A stretch of 64,000 nucleotides of DNA from a virus. Location of the stretch: positions 6,147 to 70,146 of the IMG/VR virus record IMGVR_UViG_3300050147_000056, one strand, 5' to 3'. Under the pieces are notes generated by a model. The model was not told where the DNA came from. It ran no database searches and saw only the letters and a program-made list of their open reading frames with translations. Numbering within the stretch: the first letter of the stretch is position 1; the number at the start of each line of letters is the position of its first letter. The translations under genes and the position numbers were made by a program. Positions 1 through 8,729 of the stretch are shown piece after piece.

Positions 1-10
1 AGAAGGTGTA

Positions 11-265
11 ATGACTGAAAAGTTACTTAATGCCTTTACTCAATGTATTGCTGTAACCGCCTATGTAGACGGTGATAATGGTAACTACCACATACATATT
101 TACGAAAGCGGTTTTCACCCTAGTATTGTTATGTTTAGAGAGCATAAGAACTTTCCGAACTGCACAATCAATAGTCATGAGCTAAACCAGTTATTGTTGC
201 TAATCGTGGCAGGCACACGACCTCAAGATTACAGATACAAGCTTACTGAATTAGGACTTCTATAA
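11..265 (+). CDS. hypothetical protein (possible paralog of 265..609)
   Basis: 84-aa ORF, AGAAGG upstream, TAATG coupling to next ORF. Confidence 0.7.
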   Translation: MTEKLLNAFTQCIAVTAYVDGDNGNYHIHIYESGFHPSIVMFREHKNFPNCTINSHELNQLLLLIVAGTRPQDYRYKLTELGLL

Positions 266-609
266 TGATTAGTGTAGGAGTACACGTACCCCATGATCCT
301 AAAGAAATGCGGGCAATAAAGAAGACATATAGCCTATGTCACCACATGCAAGGGTTTGGTCCTTTAGAAGCTAGTAAGTATTACGTAATCCATATTTATA
401 AGATGGGTGCATCTATTCAGTTAGAGCGTATGTGGTGCATCCCAAGAGGTAGTCTACTTACTTGGAAACAGGCAAATGAGCTACTAATGCTCAGAAAACT
501 AGGTATGTCCCTAGGAGATCTTGATAAACGAAAGGGTGCTTTTCTTGAGGAAAATCGAAAAAGCGATGCTGGAGGCTCTAAAAAACAAAGAGAACTGGCA
601 ACTAAGTAA
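265..609 (+). CDS. hypothetical protein
   Basis: 114-aa ORF coupled to previous stop; shares YxIHIYxxG motif with 11..265. Confidence 0.65.
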   Translation: MISVGVHVPHDPKEMRAIKKTYSLCHHMQGFGPLEASKYYVIHIYKMGASIQLERMWCIPRGSLLTWKQANELLMLRKLGMSLGDLDKRKGAFLEENRKSDAGGSKKQRELATK

Positions 610-808
610 CACGGTAGTACGGGATGGTTACGTCTACCTACATGGTAATGAGCTAGGCCACATCAATGAGCTACAGATCTTTGAGGTTAATACAACGACA
701 TTAATCAGTTGGCCTACTCGAACTACCATATCCCGCTTACGCTCACTTGGTGTTCCAGTGTGTTTAAAGAAAGGTGCTGTTTACCTTGGGGGTCGTAAGC
801 TTGAATAA
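521..808 (+). CDS. phage hypothetical protein
   Basis: 95-aa ORF with AGGAG RBS; VYLHGN...W.T.TT.SRL pattern typical of small phage early proteins. Confidence 0.65.
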   Translation: MINERVLFLRKIEKAMLEALKNKENWQLSNTVVRDGYVYLHGNELGHINELQIFEVNTTTLISWPTRTTISRLRSLGVPVCLKKGAVYLGGRKLE

Positions 809-810
809 TT

Positions 811-830
811 CCGCACTTGTGTGCGGTTTG
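811..830 (+). terminator. putative intrinsic terminator hairpin
   Basis: CCGCAC-TTGT-GTGCGG-TTTG right after stop at 808; same stem as at 15542. Confidence 0.45.
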
Positions 831-846
831 CTGAACTGAAAAGTTT

Positions 847-885
847 ACCCTCATGAGTTTTCTCGTTGCTCATGGGGGTTTTTTA
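847..885 (+). terminator. putative intrinsic terminator
   Basis: ACCCTCATGAG...CTCATGGGGGT followed by a T run. Confidence 0.5.
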
Positions 886-909
886 TACACGAGAATAACG
901 AGGTGTTGT

Positions 910-1152
910 ATGTGCAATCGCATTAAAGATAGTGATGCAGCAATGATTTGTGCTGCATTCAAACATGGTGAAGCTACTCGGGAAGAGTTAGCAGAGACCT
1001 TTGGATACAGCAAAACCAGTATCCGTAACATCTTGGCTGATGAAGGTCTCATTCGAAACATTCACCGCAAGACTCCTAAGCAAAAAGAGATTTTGGATTA
1101 CCTAGAATCCAAAGGTGTTACTTGCTTGGATCACCTCAAAAAGATTCTCTAA
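910..1152 (+). CDS. helix-turn-helix DNA-binding protein
   Basis: TREELAETFGYSKTSIRNIL HTH pattern; start moved to ATG 910 after GAGGT. Confidence 0.7.
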   Translation: MCNRIKDSDAAMICAAFKHGEATREELAETFGYSKTSIRNILADEGLIRNIHRKTPKQKEILDYLESKGVTCLDHLKKIL

Positions 1153-1234
1153 TCGTTTTACACAGCTACCTAGTAGGTAGCTGCAGTAAGACATTTAGTC
1201 TTAGTCCCCCAACGCTTCTAACGAGAGCAAAAGC

Positions 1235-2260
1235 ATGAAAGTAAATATTTCCTCAGCGATCAACCTGATCACCCGCTGCCTCAACCAACATATTGTTCCT
1301 TACTTGGTTTCATCACCAGGTATGGGTAAGTCCGCTATTGCTAAAGTAGTGGCAGACAACATGGGTCTCTACCTGATTGATATGCGCCTGTGCCAAATGG
1401 ACCCGACTGAAGTCAACGGCTTTCCTTGGATTCATGAAGGCGTAGCCAGCTATGTACCTATGGATGTGTTCCCAATCGTAGGTAAAGCCATCCCTGATGG
1501 CTACAAAGGATGGTTGATCCTACTAGATGAATTGTCCTCTGCATTGCCAGCTACGCAGGCGGCAGCTTACAAGCTTGTGTACGACCACATGGTAGGTCAG
1601 ACACCTCTGCATGAGCAGTGCTACATCATGGCTGCAGGTAACCTGTCTACAGACAACGCGGTAGTAGAGGATATGTCTACTGCATTGGCATCACGAATGG
1701 TACACATTCATTTGGGTACTGACGTGAATGGTTGGAAAAATTGGGCGATGTCCAAGATTGATCCACGCATTTTGGCTTACGTATCTTGGAAGAAAGAGGA
1801 GGGTCTGAACAACTTTGATCCTACCTCTAGCGATCCTACCTTTGCATGTCAACGCACATGGGAAATGGCATCCAAGCTGATCAAAGATGTGCCGGTGCTG
1901 AGTGACGAAGACAAGGTGCTTCTGTGGGGTACTATCGGTAGCTTGGCTGTTGAGTTTACGGCATTTGAAAGCCTCACAACTCAACTCCCTTCCATCGAAC
2001 AGATCGTTGCAGATCCTAGGGGTGTTGCTATCCCTGAACGTATGGATATGCGCTATGCGCTTACTGCAAAGCTCGTCACTGAGCTTAACGAAAATAATGC
2101 ACTGGCAGTGACAGAGTTCAACGAGCGCTTCCCTATGGAGTTCGTAATGCTGTTTGGAACGATTATTGTATCTTCCAAGCAACACACACTGTCCTACCCA
2201 TCCATGGTTAGCTGGCTGGAGCGTTTCACCAAACGTTTCACTGCAGCATCTAGCCTCTAA
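1235..2260 (+). CDS. MoxR-like AAA+ ATPase (N4 gp24-like)
   Basis: Walker A SSPGMGKS, Walker B ILLLDE, IDMRL and AAGN...ALASR motifs. Confidence 0.92.
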   Translation: MKVNISSAINLITRCLNQHIVPYLVSSPGMGKSAIAKVVADNMGLYLIDMRLCQMDPTEVNGFPWIHEGVASYVPMDVFPIVGKAIPDGYKGWLILLDELSSALPATQAAAYKLVYDHMVGQTPLHEQCYIMAAGNLSTDNAVVEDMSTALASRMVHIHLGTDVNGWKNWAMSKIDPRILAYVSWKKEEGLNNFDPTSSDPTFACQRTWEMASKLIKDVPVLSDEDKVLLWGTIGSLAVEFTAFESLTTQLPSIEQIVADPRGVAIPERMDMRYALTAKLVTELNENNALAVTEFNERFPMEFVMLFGTIIVSSKQHTLSYPSMVSWLERFTKRFTAASSL

Positions 2261-2271
2261 ACAATCCCACT

Positions 2272-2299
2272 ATACCCCTCTTAATTGAGGGGTATTTTA
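2272..2299 (+). terminator. hairpin/terminator, copy 1 of ATACCCCTCTTAATTGAGGGGTA
   Basis: 9-bp stem plus T tail; identical 23-mer at 3401. Confidence 0.7.
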
Positions 2300-2311
2300 T
2301 TGGAGTAAGCC

Positions 2312-3397
2312 ATGATTGAAGACAGTATTTCTATAGCTAAGCTTGGTTTGATGCAGCAAGCAAACACAACGTTCTTTGCGTATTTCGCTATGAATGTCGC
2401 TGTGCATGTTAGTGACAAGCTTCCCACAGCTTGGACTAATGGTTTAACCATTGGAGTTAACCCTGACTTCTGGAAGGCTAACGCGAATCTGCGTAAGTCG
2501 ATTTTGCTGCATGAGATGCTGCACATCATTTATAAGCATCACGCACGCCTTCTAGGGCGTGATCCAAGTAAAGCTAACCGTGCTATGGATTACGTTATCA
2601 ATGACCATATCAAGAAGCTCAGTATGCCAATTGGCTCTGACTGGTTATATAACAGTGATTATGAAGGTATGGCATGGGAAGAAATCTACGAGCTACTGCC
2701 GGATACCCCTAGTGACAATAACCCTCTAGCAGGCGATATGCAGCCTATGGAGGGCACTGCAGAGACTTTGGCTAGCACAGTAGACGATATGCTTGTGCGT
2801 GCAGCTACGCAGGCGGCAGCGGCTAATCAAGCTGGTAGTATCCCCGCTGACTTACAGTTGCGAATAGATAACCTGATTAATCCAAAGTTACCTTGGCAAC
2901 AGCTACTGCGTAAGTACGTAGGCGGTAAAGCCAAGAACGACTACAGTATTCGTCGTCCAAACAAACGCTTCATTCCTATGTACGCACCATCACTACTGAG
3001 TGAGGGTATTGGGGATATTGCAGTAGCCTTTGATACTTCAGGATCTGTCAGCGAGTCTCAGTTTCGTGCTGGTTTATCAGAGACTCACTTTGTCTTGGCT
3101 AAGCTAAAGCCAACGAATATTGACTTCTATCAGTTTGATCATGGCATTCGCTCTATGCACAAGATCAAGACTGCTGGAGCGTTACTGAGCATTCCATTTG
3201 TAGGAGGAGGGGGTACATGTGTTGTAGACGTACTTACTGCCTACAAGAAGAGTAACGCCAAAGTTATGGTATTCATCACTGATGGTTACTTTAACACCGA
3301 CCTAGTAGATCCAAAGAAACCAGTCATATGGATTATCTATGGCAATGCTGCATGGGTAGCTCCATTCGGGACTGCAGTACACGTAAAAGAATTTTAA
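2312..3397 (+). CDS. metallopeptidase-like + vWA domain protein (N4 gp25-like)
   Basis: HEMLH zincin motif, N.AMDY.IN, MIDAS DTSGS, GGGT and FITDG. Confidence 0.92.
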   Translation: MIEDSISIAKLGLMQQANTTFFAYFAMNVAVHVSDKLPTAWTNGLTIGVNPDFWKANANLRKSILLHEMLHIIYKHHARLLGRDPSKANRAMDYVINDHIKKLSMPIGSDWLYNSDYEGMAWEEIYELLPDTPSDNNPLAGDMQPMEGTAETLASTVDDMLVRAATQAAAANQAGSIPADLQLRIDNLINPKLPWQQLLRKYVGGKAKNDYSIRRPNKRFIPMYAPSLLSEGIGDIAVAFDTSGSVSESQFRAGLSETHFVLAKLKPTNIDFYQFDHGIRSMHKIKTAGALLSIPFVGGGGTCVVDVLTAYKKSNAKVMVFITDGYFNTDLVDPKKPVIWIIYGNAAWVAPFGTAVHVKEF

Positions 3398-3400
3398 CCT

Positions 3401-3428
3401 ATACCCCTCTTAATTGAGGGGTAAACTT
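3401..3428 (+). terminator. hairpin, copy 2 of ATACCCCTCTTAATTGAGGGGTA
   Basis: exact 23-nt repeat of the 2272 hairpin, weaker T tail. Confidence 0.6.
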
Positions 3429-3436
3429 TGCTGTAG

Positions 3437-3733
3437 ATGTTCATGAATACAACGCGTAGCCTGCGATTAGGATTAAGCAGAGAGGAGAGTAAACTAATTA
3501 AGCATTTATTCCCTAGTAAAATTTACATCAATTATACTGCAGAGTTTATAACTATTACTGAATACAGTAGAGGCTACTTAGTAAATTGCGCATCCGTTAA
3601 TAGTGACGCTTCTTTACACGGCACATTTGCAGACAAAGTCAGATTTTTATCTGAGTTATTTACTCTAGATAACGACATCAGGTTTGTTTGTAGAAAAGAG
3701 TACAAAGCTCACATCCCATACAAAGATCAATAG
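3437..3733 (+). CDS. array paralog 1
   Basis: LSREESKLI...LHGTFADKVRFL...YKAHIPY. Confidence 0.75.
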   Translation: MFMNTTRSLRLGLSREESKLIKHLFPSKIYINYTAEFITITEYSRGYLVNCASVNSDASLHGTFADKVRFLSELFTLDNDIRFVCRKEYKAHIPYKDQ

Positions 3734-3742
3734 GAATATATT

Positions 3743-4015
3743 ATGTGTACACCGTATTTAAGGCTATCACTTAGTAAAGAAGAGTCTTCCTTTATTAAGA
3801 CACTAGTACCACATTTAATCTGCGAAGATTGTGGACAAGATTTGATTAATGAATTTGCTTTTGGAAATTTCAGAAGTACAGAGTCTTTCAGTAGTGACGC
3901 GTATTTAGAAGGATCTGTTCCTGAAATACTCATATTTGTGTTGTCATTAGCAGATGATGTGGATTTTGTCCAGAGTAAAACCTACCAAGCCAGAATTCCA
4001 TTTACAAATCAATAG
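3743..4015 (+). CDS. array paralog 2
   Basis: LSKEESSFI...LEGSVPEILIFV...YQARIPF; closest to paralog 1. Confidence 0.8.
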   Translation: MCTPYLRLSLSKEESSFIKTLVPHLICEDCGQDLINEFAFGNFRSTESFSSDAYLEGSVPEILIFVLSLADDVDFVQSKTYQARIPFTNQ

Positions 4016-4026
4016 GGGTTACCAGT

Positions 4027-4344
4027 ATGATTATGTTAGATGTAGGTAGGATGTGTTTAGTAGTACCTGACTTGTCAACAGCAGATGTTACTCTCTTGAT
4101 AACCTTACTTGGTTTGAACCACTTCAGTGGACTTCCTGTAAATAATAACTTACCGCAGTTATGTATTAACAGTAATAACAAACCATTTACTGTAATTTAC
4201 TCCCAAGCACACTCCAGCAATCCAATACTGAAAGGTAATCTTGCTGAAGTGTTAAGAGTAATCACGGATAGTACATTTACTGCCAGAATGCGTAACAAGG
4301 GTTTATATAGTGCTAGTGCTATATTAGAGGAGTACCTAACATGA
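4027..4344 (+). CDS. array paralog 3
   Basis: PDLSTADVTLLITLLG...PILKGNLAEVLRVIT...YSAS. Confidence 0.8.
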   Translation: MIMLDVGRMCLVVPDLSTADVTLLITLLGLNHFSGLPVNNNLPQLCINSNNKPFTVIYSQAHSSNPILKGNLAEVLRVITDSTFTARMRNKGLYSASAILEEYLT

Positions 4345-4661
4345 TTAACATGACTTTAGTCAATACTGATTGTATTGTATTACTAGATCTTAATGATAAT
4401 GAACTTACTATACTAGCTAACCTTTTACAAATACCATTTAGAAAGTCATTTTTAAATAGTAAATGTCGTTACCCACACTTATGGTTTTATGAAAACCAAG
4501 TCTATTCTATTACTTACAATGGTACATATGAGTATGATTGCCAGATTGAAGGTACTTTAGCAGAAATACTCCAGTTATATACCGATCCCTCGTTTACTGT
4601 TTCAGTGCAAGAGTCTACTACATACTGCGCTAGCGATTTATTAAAGGAGCATTCATCATGA
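4341..4661 (+). CDS. array paralog 4
   Basis: DLNDNELTILANLLQIPF...IEGTLAEILQL...YCASDLLKE; ATGA overlap. Confidence 0.85.
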   Translation: MINMTLVNTDCIVLLDLNDNELTILANLLQIPFRKSFLNSKCRYPHLWFYENQVYSITYNGTYEYDCQIEGTLAEILQLYTDPSFTVSVQESTTYCASDLLKEHSS

Positions 4662-4972
4662 TTACTTGGGACTCACGCATTCTTAGTTACATACTACTAC
4701 CAACCCTTACCGTTGTTGAATTAGAGCTACTAGCTAAATTTCTAAAGATACGGTTTTCAGATGATAAGCTGCATGATTTTACATATGCTCATTTATGGTT
4801 TTCAAATAGTAAGTTTGAATCTATTACCTATGGGACACCACTACTAAGGGACACTTCAATAGAAGGTACACTAGTAGAAATAATACGGTTATTATCCGAT
4901 CCCACTGTAAACGTTACTGTAAACCCCGGTATGACCTATAAAGCCAGTGAGTTGTTAAAGGAGTTTTGCTAA
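4658..4972 (+). CDS. array paralog 5
   Basis: LPTLTVVELELLAKFL...IEGTLVEIIRLL...YKASELLKE. Confidence 0.85.
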   Translation: MITWDSRILSYILLPTLTVVELELLAKFLKIRFSDDKLHDFTYAHLWFSNSKFESITYGTPLLRDTSIEGTLVEIIRLLSDPTVNVTVNPGMTYKASELLKEFC

Positions 4973-5283
4973 TGATTAATAGTGAAGGTTGCGTAGGTCT
5001 TGTAAACTTAGAAGAAAGCGATCTGCGGTTACTAGCAGCACTACTAAACGTTCCTTATGAGGATGCCGATTCTTGTGGTATCCATTCAATAGAATTTTCT
5101 ATAGCAGGAAGACCAAAAGCGCTTTCTTTTATTTGGTATCTAGATGCCCCTGTTTTAACAGGAAGTGTAGCATCCATACTGTGGTTAATAACCACTAAGG
5201 ATTACTACCTTCAACCTGAACCTGAATGCACTTACTGTGCTGACACACTAAGAGAGGATTTTGGAAATGGTAGTATCGACTAG
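4972..5283 (+). CDS. array paralog 6
   Basis: NLEESDLRLLAALLNVPY...PVLTGSVASILWLIT...YCA; TAATG overlap start. Confidence 0.8.
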   Translation: MINSEGCVGLVNLEESDLRLLAALLNVPYEDADSCGIHSIEFSIAGRPKALSFIWYLDAPVLTGSVASILWLITTKDYYLQPEPECTYCADTLREDFGNGSID

Positions 5284-5587
5284 TTCTTATTATTTAACAT
5301 TGCCTGAAATGAGCCAAGATGATTTTACAGCTTTAACCTTACTACTTAATATACCTGTTAGTAGTAGGGTGCTAAGTTTAGGTGTAAATTCACGTAGGGT
5401 TTTTCACTTAGATTTCACACACTCCACTAATAAACCCCAGAGTGCATATACACATGATTTAGCACCTCAAGATCCAAAGCTTATAGGCAGCTTGATTAAT
5501 ATCTTAAAACTAATAACAGATACAGAAAACCATGTTCATATAGGTGACTACAAAACCTATAACGCAGATACAGGAGTATTCTTATAA
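5267..5587 (+). CDS. array paralog 7
   Basis: LPEMSQDDFTALTLLLNIP...PKLIGSLINILKLIT...YNA; GAGGA RBS before ATG 5267. Confidence 0.8.
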   Translation: MVVSTSSYYLTLPEMSQDDFTALTLLLNIPVSSRVLSLGVNSRRVFHLDFTHSTNKPQSAYTHDLAPQDPKLIGSLINILKLITDTENHVHIGDYKTYNADTGVFL

Positions 5588-5886
5588 TGAATAGTTCTCA
5601 TGCAGCCCTAGCAGATTTAACGCTAGAAGAGGGTCAACTACTAGCTGCACTTCTTAAAATACCTTTTAGTTACGCAGGTGGTAACGATCTTCTAGTGTCT
5701 TTTAATTATGACACCTGCAAAGCAATACAGATTATATTATTTTCAAGAGGCATTCTTCCTATTGTTCACGGTAATCTTAATCAGATATTGCAGTGGTTAA
5801 TAGTGTATAACTACGATCCAATGGATTTGGAATACAATCGACATTATAACGCAGTAGAACTCACACAAAGAAGGAAGTATACATAA
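5587..5886 (+). CDS. array paralog 8
   Basis: LADLTLEEGQLLAALLKIPF...PIVHGNLNQILQWL...YNAVEL. Confidence 0.85.
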   Translation: MNSSHAALADLTLEEGQLLAALLKIPFSYAGGNDLLVSFNYDTCKAIQIILFSRGILPIVHGNLNQILQWLIVYNYDPMDLEYNRHYNAVELTQRRKYT

Positions 5887-6197
5887 TGCTTTTGAAGTTC
5901 GCCGTACTTCCAGATATTTCTTTTGCAGAAGCTGAGTTATTAGCTAATCTACTAAAAGTAGAATTCATTTATGAATCTAGGAAAAACAAGGAATATGTAC
6001 CACATGTGTTTTTTCATAAAGGTACGTTCTATATACGTATGTGTATTGCTAATGATTATGATCCTGTAGTACACGGAAGTATTGATAAGTTATTGCAATG
6101 GTTAACTAACTGTATAGGTAGTTCGCCAACCTTCGAAATAACTAGTTGTTACTATGCTGGAGAGCTTATTAAACCAATAATAGAAAAAGGAGCTTAG
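5886..6197 (+). CDS. array paralog 9
   Basis: LPDISFAEAELLANLL...PVVHGSIDKLLQWL...YYAGEL. Confidence 0.85.
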   Translation: MLLKFAVLPDISFAEAELLANLLKVEFIYESRKNKEYVPHVFFHKGTFYIRMCIANDYDPVVHGSIDKLLQWLTNCIGSSPTFEITSCYYAGELIKPIIEKGA

Positions 6198-6199
6198 TA

Positions 6200-6505
6200 A
6201 TGATAATACACCATGCAGTATTAAAGGATATATCTACAAATGAAGCAGTCTTGTTAGCAAACTTTTTAAATATAGATATAATAATAGATCGTGAAATAGT
6301 TTATGCAGAAACCAACATCTACTTTTCACTTGGTACATTAAAACCAAATATCGTCTATGTAGGTTCTAGTTTCCCTACTAATCCTTTAGTACACGGTAAC
6401 CTACATCAAGTTTTACAATGGTTGTCATTACCAGCTAATAGACGACTACCTCTTCATGTAGGCTTTGTCTATACAACTACTGATTTAATCAAACCAGAGG
6501 AGTAA
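6200..6505 (+). CDS. array paralog 10
   Basis: LKDISTNEAVLLANFL...PLVHGNLHQVLQWL. Confidence 0.85.
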   Translation: MIIHHAVLKDISTNEAVLLANFLNIDIIIDREIVYAETNIYFSLGTLKPNIVYVGSSFPTNPLVHGNLHQVLQWLSLPANRRLPLHVGFVYTTTDLIKPEE

Positions 6506-6511
6506 GCCAAT

Positions 6512-6853
6512 ATGAAGCACTTAGCTCACTACGCTATGTTAGAAGATTTATCCTTAGCGGATGCTGAATTATTAGCACGGCTACTCTCTATAAAGAGCAG
6601 CTATGGTATGGAACTCTCTACGGCTAATGGTGCTTACTTGCCGCATGTGTTTTTAGATCGCTCACGTAATGGAGTACCGGAAACAATAACCTGTGTCATG
6701 GGCTATCTAGGCAATGAACCTTCTATCAAAGGTAATCTAGCAGACATCCTAAGATTACTCACTATGAAACCAATACCTGCAATCTATCGTACTGATTGTG
6801 CTATATCAGTAGACGAGCTTATATCTAGAGCAACTAAGGAGAATAATAAATGA
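6512..6853 (+). CDS. array paralog 11
   Basis: LEDLSLADAELLARLL...PSIKGNLADILRLL. Confidence 0.85.
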   Translation: MKHLAHYAMLEDLSLADAELLARLLSIKSSYGMELSTANGAYLPHVFLDRSRNGVPETITCVMGYLGNEPSIKGNLADILRLLTMKPIPAIYRTDCAISVDELISRATKENNK

Positions 6854-7170
6854 AGAGTTTTGGTGTAACGCTTCCTGACTTATCTATACAAGAGTCTTTA
6901 CTACTGTGCGCCCTTCTAGGTATTAATCACCATAAATACTCTGACTCTAGACTACCTAGAATACATGTACGCGCAGGAAAACCACATCACATGATTTACA
7001 CGACTGCACTGTCTTATCGTACCTCCCTTCACGGTAACCTACCTGAGCTATTGCTATGGTTATCTAGAGATGTAGTAGTAGATCCTAGAGACTACGGTAA
7101 GATTAACCACGTTAATGAATTACTCGAATTAATAAACGGAGAGCCTAGTCATGATAATGCACTACCCTAG
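6850..7170 (+). CDS. array paralog 12
   Basis: LPDLSIQESLLLCALLG...LHGNLPELLLWL. Confidence 0.85.
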   Translation: MKSFGVTLPDLSIQESLLLCALLGINHHKYSDSRLPRIHVRAGKPHHMIYTTALSYRTSLHGNLPELLLWLSRDVVVDPRDYGKINHVNELLELINGEPSHDNALP

Positions 7171-7462
7171 ACTAGAGGGTTTATCACAGTCAGAACTAGT
7201 AATACTAGCTAGTTTATTAATGATTCCTATAGCCAATAGGGATAACAAAATTCCTTATCTACTTTTAAACCAAGCATACAAACCAGCAGAAATTGTTTAC
7301 TGGTTGCCGTGTGCTAACGACACTATAGTTAAAGGTACGTTATCTGAAATGCTTCAATGGTTAAGTACATTGCCTATTGAACCTGTGTTTACCAGTAATA
7401 CAGTAATTAGTGTCCGTTCACTAATGCGTAAACAAAATAAGGAGTTATTCAATCATGATTAA
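7151..7462 (+). CDS. array paralog 13
   Basis: LEGLSQSELVILASLLMIP...IVKGTLSEMLQWL. Confidence 0.85.
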   Translation: MIMHYPRLEGLSQSELVILASLLMIPIANRDNKIPYLLLNQAYKPAEIVYWLPCANDTIVKGTLSEMLQWLSTLPIEPVFTSNTVISVRSLMRKQNKELFNHD

Positions 7463-7793
7463 GCAGTACACAAACTATGTGGCACTTCCTGAATTAAATG
7501 AAGAAGAGGCTACTTTGGTAGGACACCTCCTATCTATAGTTACTGATGTAAAGCAGCTATACAACCATGAAGATAAAAAAGTTCACGTTTGGTTTGATGA
7601 TTATAACTTATCTAAAATAAATGGTATTAACCTCTGTACTTATTTACCTGAGTTCGATCCAGCAGTAACAGGTACATTACCAGAGATAATCCAATGGTTA
7701 GCAACTAATACTAGATGTCTACCATACCGTACTGACACAAGAGTGACAGTCCAAGAGCTACTAGCATGGAGTAACCATGAGTACCAGTTATAA
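7455..7793 (+). CDS. array paralog 14
   Basis: YVALPELNEEEATLVGHLL...PAVTGTLPEIIQWL. Confidence 0.85.
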   Translation: MIKQYTNYVALPELNEEEATLVGHLLSIVTDVKQLYNHEDKKVHVWFDDYNLSKINGINLCTYLPEFDPAVTGTLPEIIQWLATNTRCLPYRTDTRVTVQELLAWSNHEYQL

Positions 7794-8103
7794 ACTAGCA
7801 GAATATGTAGCACTTCCTAGCATTACTAAAGAAGAGGGTGCTCTACTAACCAGTTTACTAGGTGTGCCGTACTACGATGATTTTCAAGAAGGTAGTGAGG
7901 AAGTTCTGCACCTATGGTTTGGTATGTCAGATAATTTAAAAGTGCTTCATGCCAATTATCGTAGGCTTATTCCTAGTGATCCTACTGTAATAGGCACTCT
8001 AGTGGAGTTAGTACAATTGTTTAGTAATTTCACTAACGATTGTATACCTACTACAGCACATTACATGGAAGCTAGTGCTTTATTAACAAGGAGTAAACCA
8101 TGA
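7777..8103 (+). CDS. array paralog 15
   Basis: YVALPSITKEEGALLTSLLGVPY...PTVIGTLVELVQLF. Confidence 0.85.
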   Translation: MSTSYKLAEYVALPSITKEEGALLTSLLGVPYYDDFQEGSEEVLHLWFGMSDNLKVLHANYRRLIPSDPTVIGTLVELVQLFSNFTNDCIPTTAHYMEASALLTRSKP

Positions 8104-8411
8104 TAAATGTTACCTCAGTAAAGCTTACTATTTCAAAAGGTGAAGCAAACTTACTAGCAGCAATGCTTAATGTACCTTTAGTTAGTTACAGTAATTACCT
8201 TGGTGTTCCTTACTTACGTTTTAACATGGATGGAAGCTTACGTATGGTAGTCATAGCAACACCAACATCAGCAATATCAACTAATAGTAGTATACCTGTA
8301 TGGAAAGGATCATTAGCAGACGTGCTCAGAGTAATCCCACTTATGAACCAGAACAGCTTCTTAAAGCCAGAAACGGTCTATGAGTTAAGTAACGTCACTG
8401 ACTTTAATTAA
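8100..8411 (+). CDS. array paralog 16
   Basis: ISKGEANLLAAMLNVP...PVWKGSLADVLRVI. Confidence 0.85.
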   Translation: MINVTSVKLTISKGEANLLAAMLNVPLVSYSNYLGVPYLRFNMDGSLRMVVIATPTSAISTNSSIPVWKGSLADVLRVIPLMNQNSFLKPETVYELSNVTDFN

Positions 8412-8423
8412 GAGGAGTAAACC

Positions 8424-8729
8424 ATGAAAGGAACGCACTCAGCGTATCTCACATTGACTCGTGAGGAGTTTCTAATACTAGGTGGATTTCTTAATCTACC
8501 TGTATGTGGATTTCCAATAGGTACTCCTTACGTATGTTTTAACTCAGAAGGTAAAGTAAAGGAGTTACGTTATATGCGTACTAATTTAGGAATATCTCCT
8601 ACATTAGATGGTACTTTACCAGATGTATTAAAAGCACTTACGTTACTAAATAAAGAATCCTATATAGCAGCATCTAAAATATATGATCTCAGATCAGTTA
8701 CTGCATTCCCTAAGGAGAACAAACCGTGA
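8424..8729 (+). CDS. array paralog 17
   Basis: LTREEFLILGGFLNLP...PTLDGTLPDVLKAL; closest to paralog 16. Confidence 0.85.
   Translation: MKGTHSAYLTLTREEFLILGGFLNLPVCGFPIGTPYVCFNSEGKVKELRYMRTNLGISPTLDGTLPDVLKALTLLNKESYIAASKIYDLRSVTAFPKENKP

Noticed and set aside
1691-2529. Antisense and alternate-frame ORFs inside the ATPase and vWA genes
   Set aside because: Fully overlapped by well-supported genes; no independent evidence.
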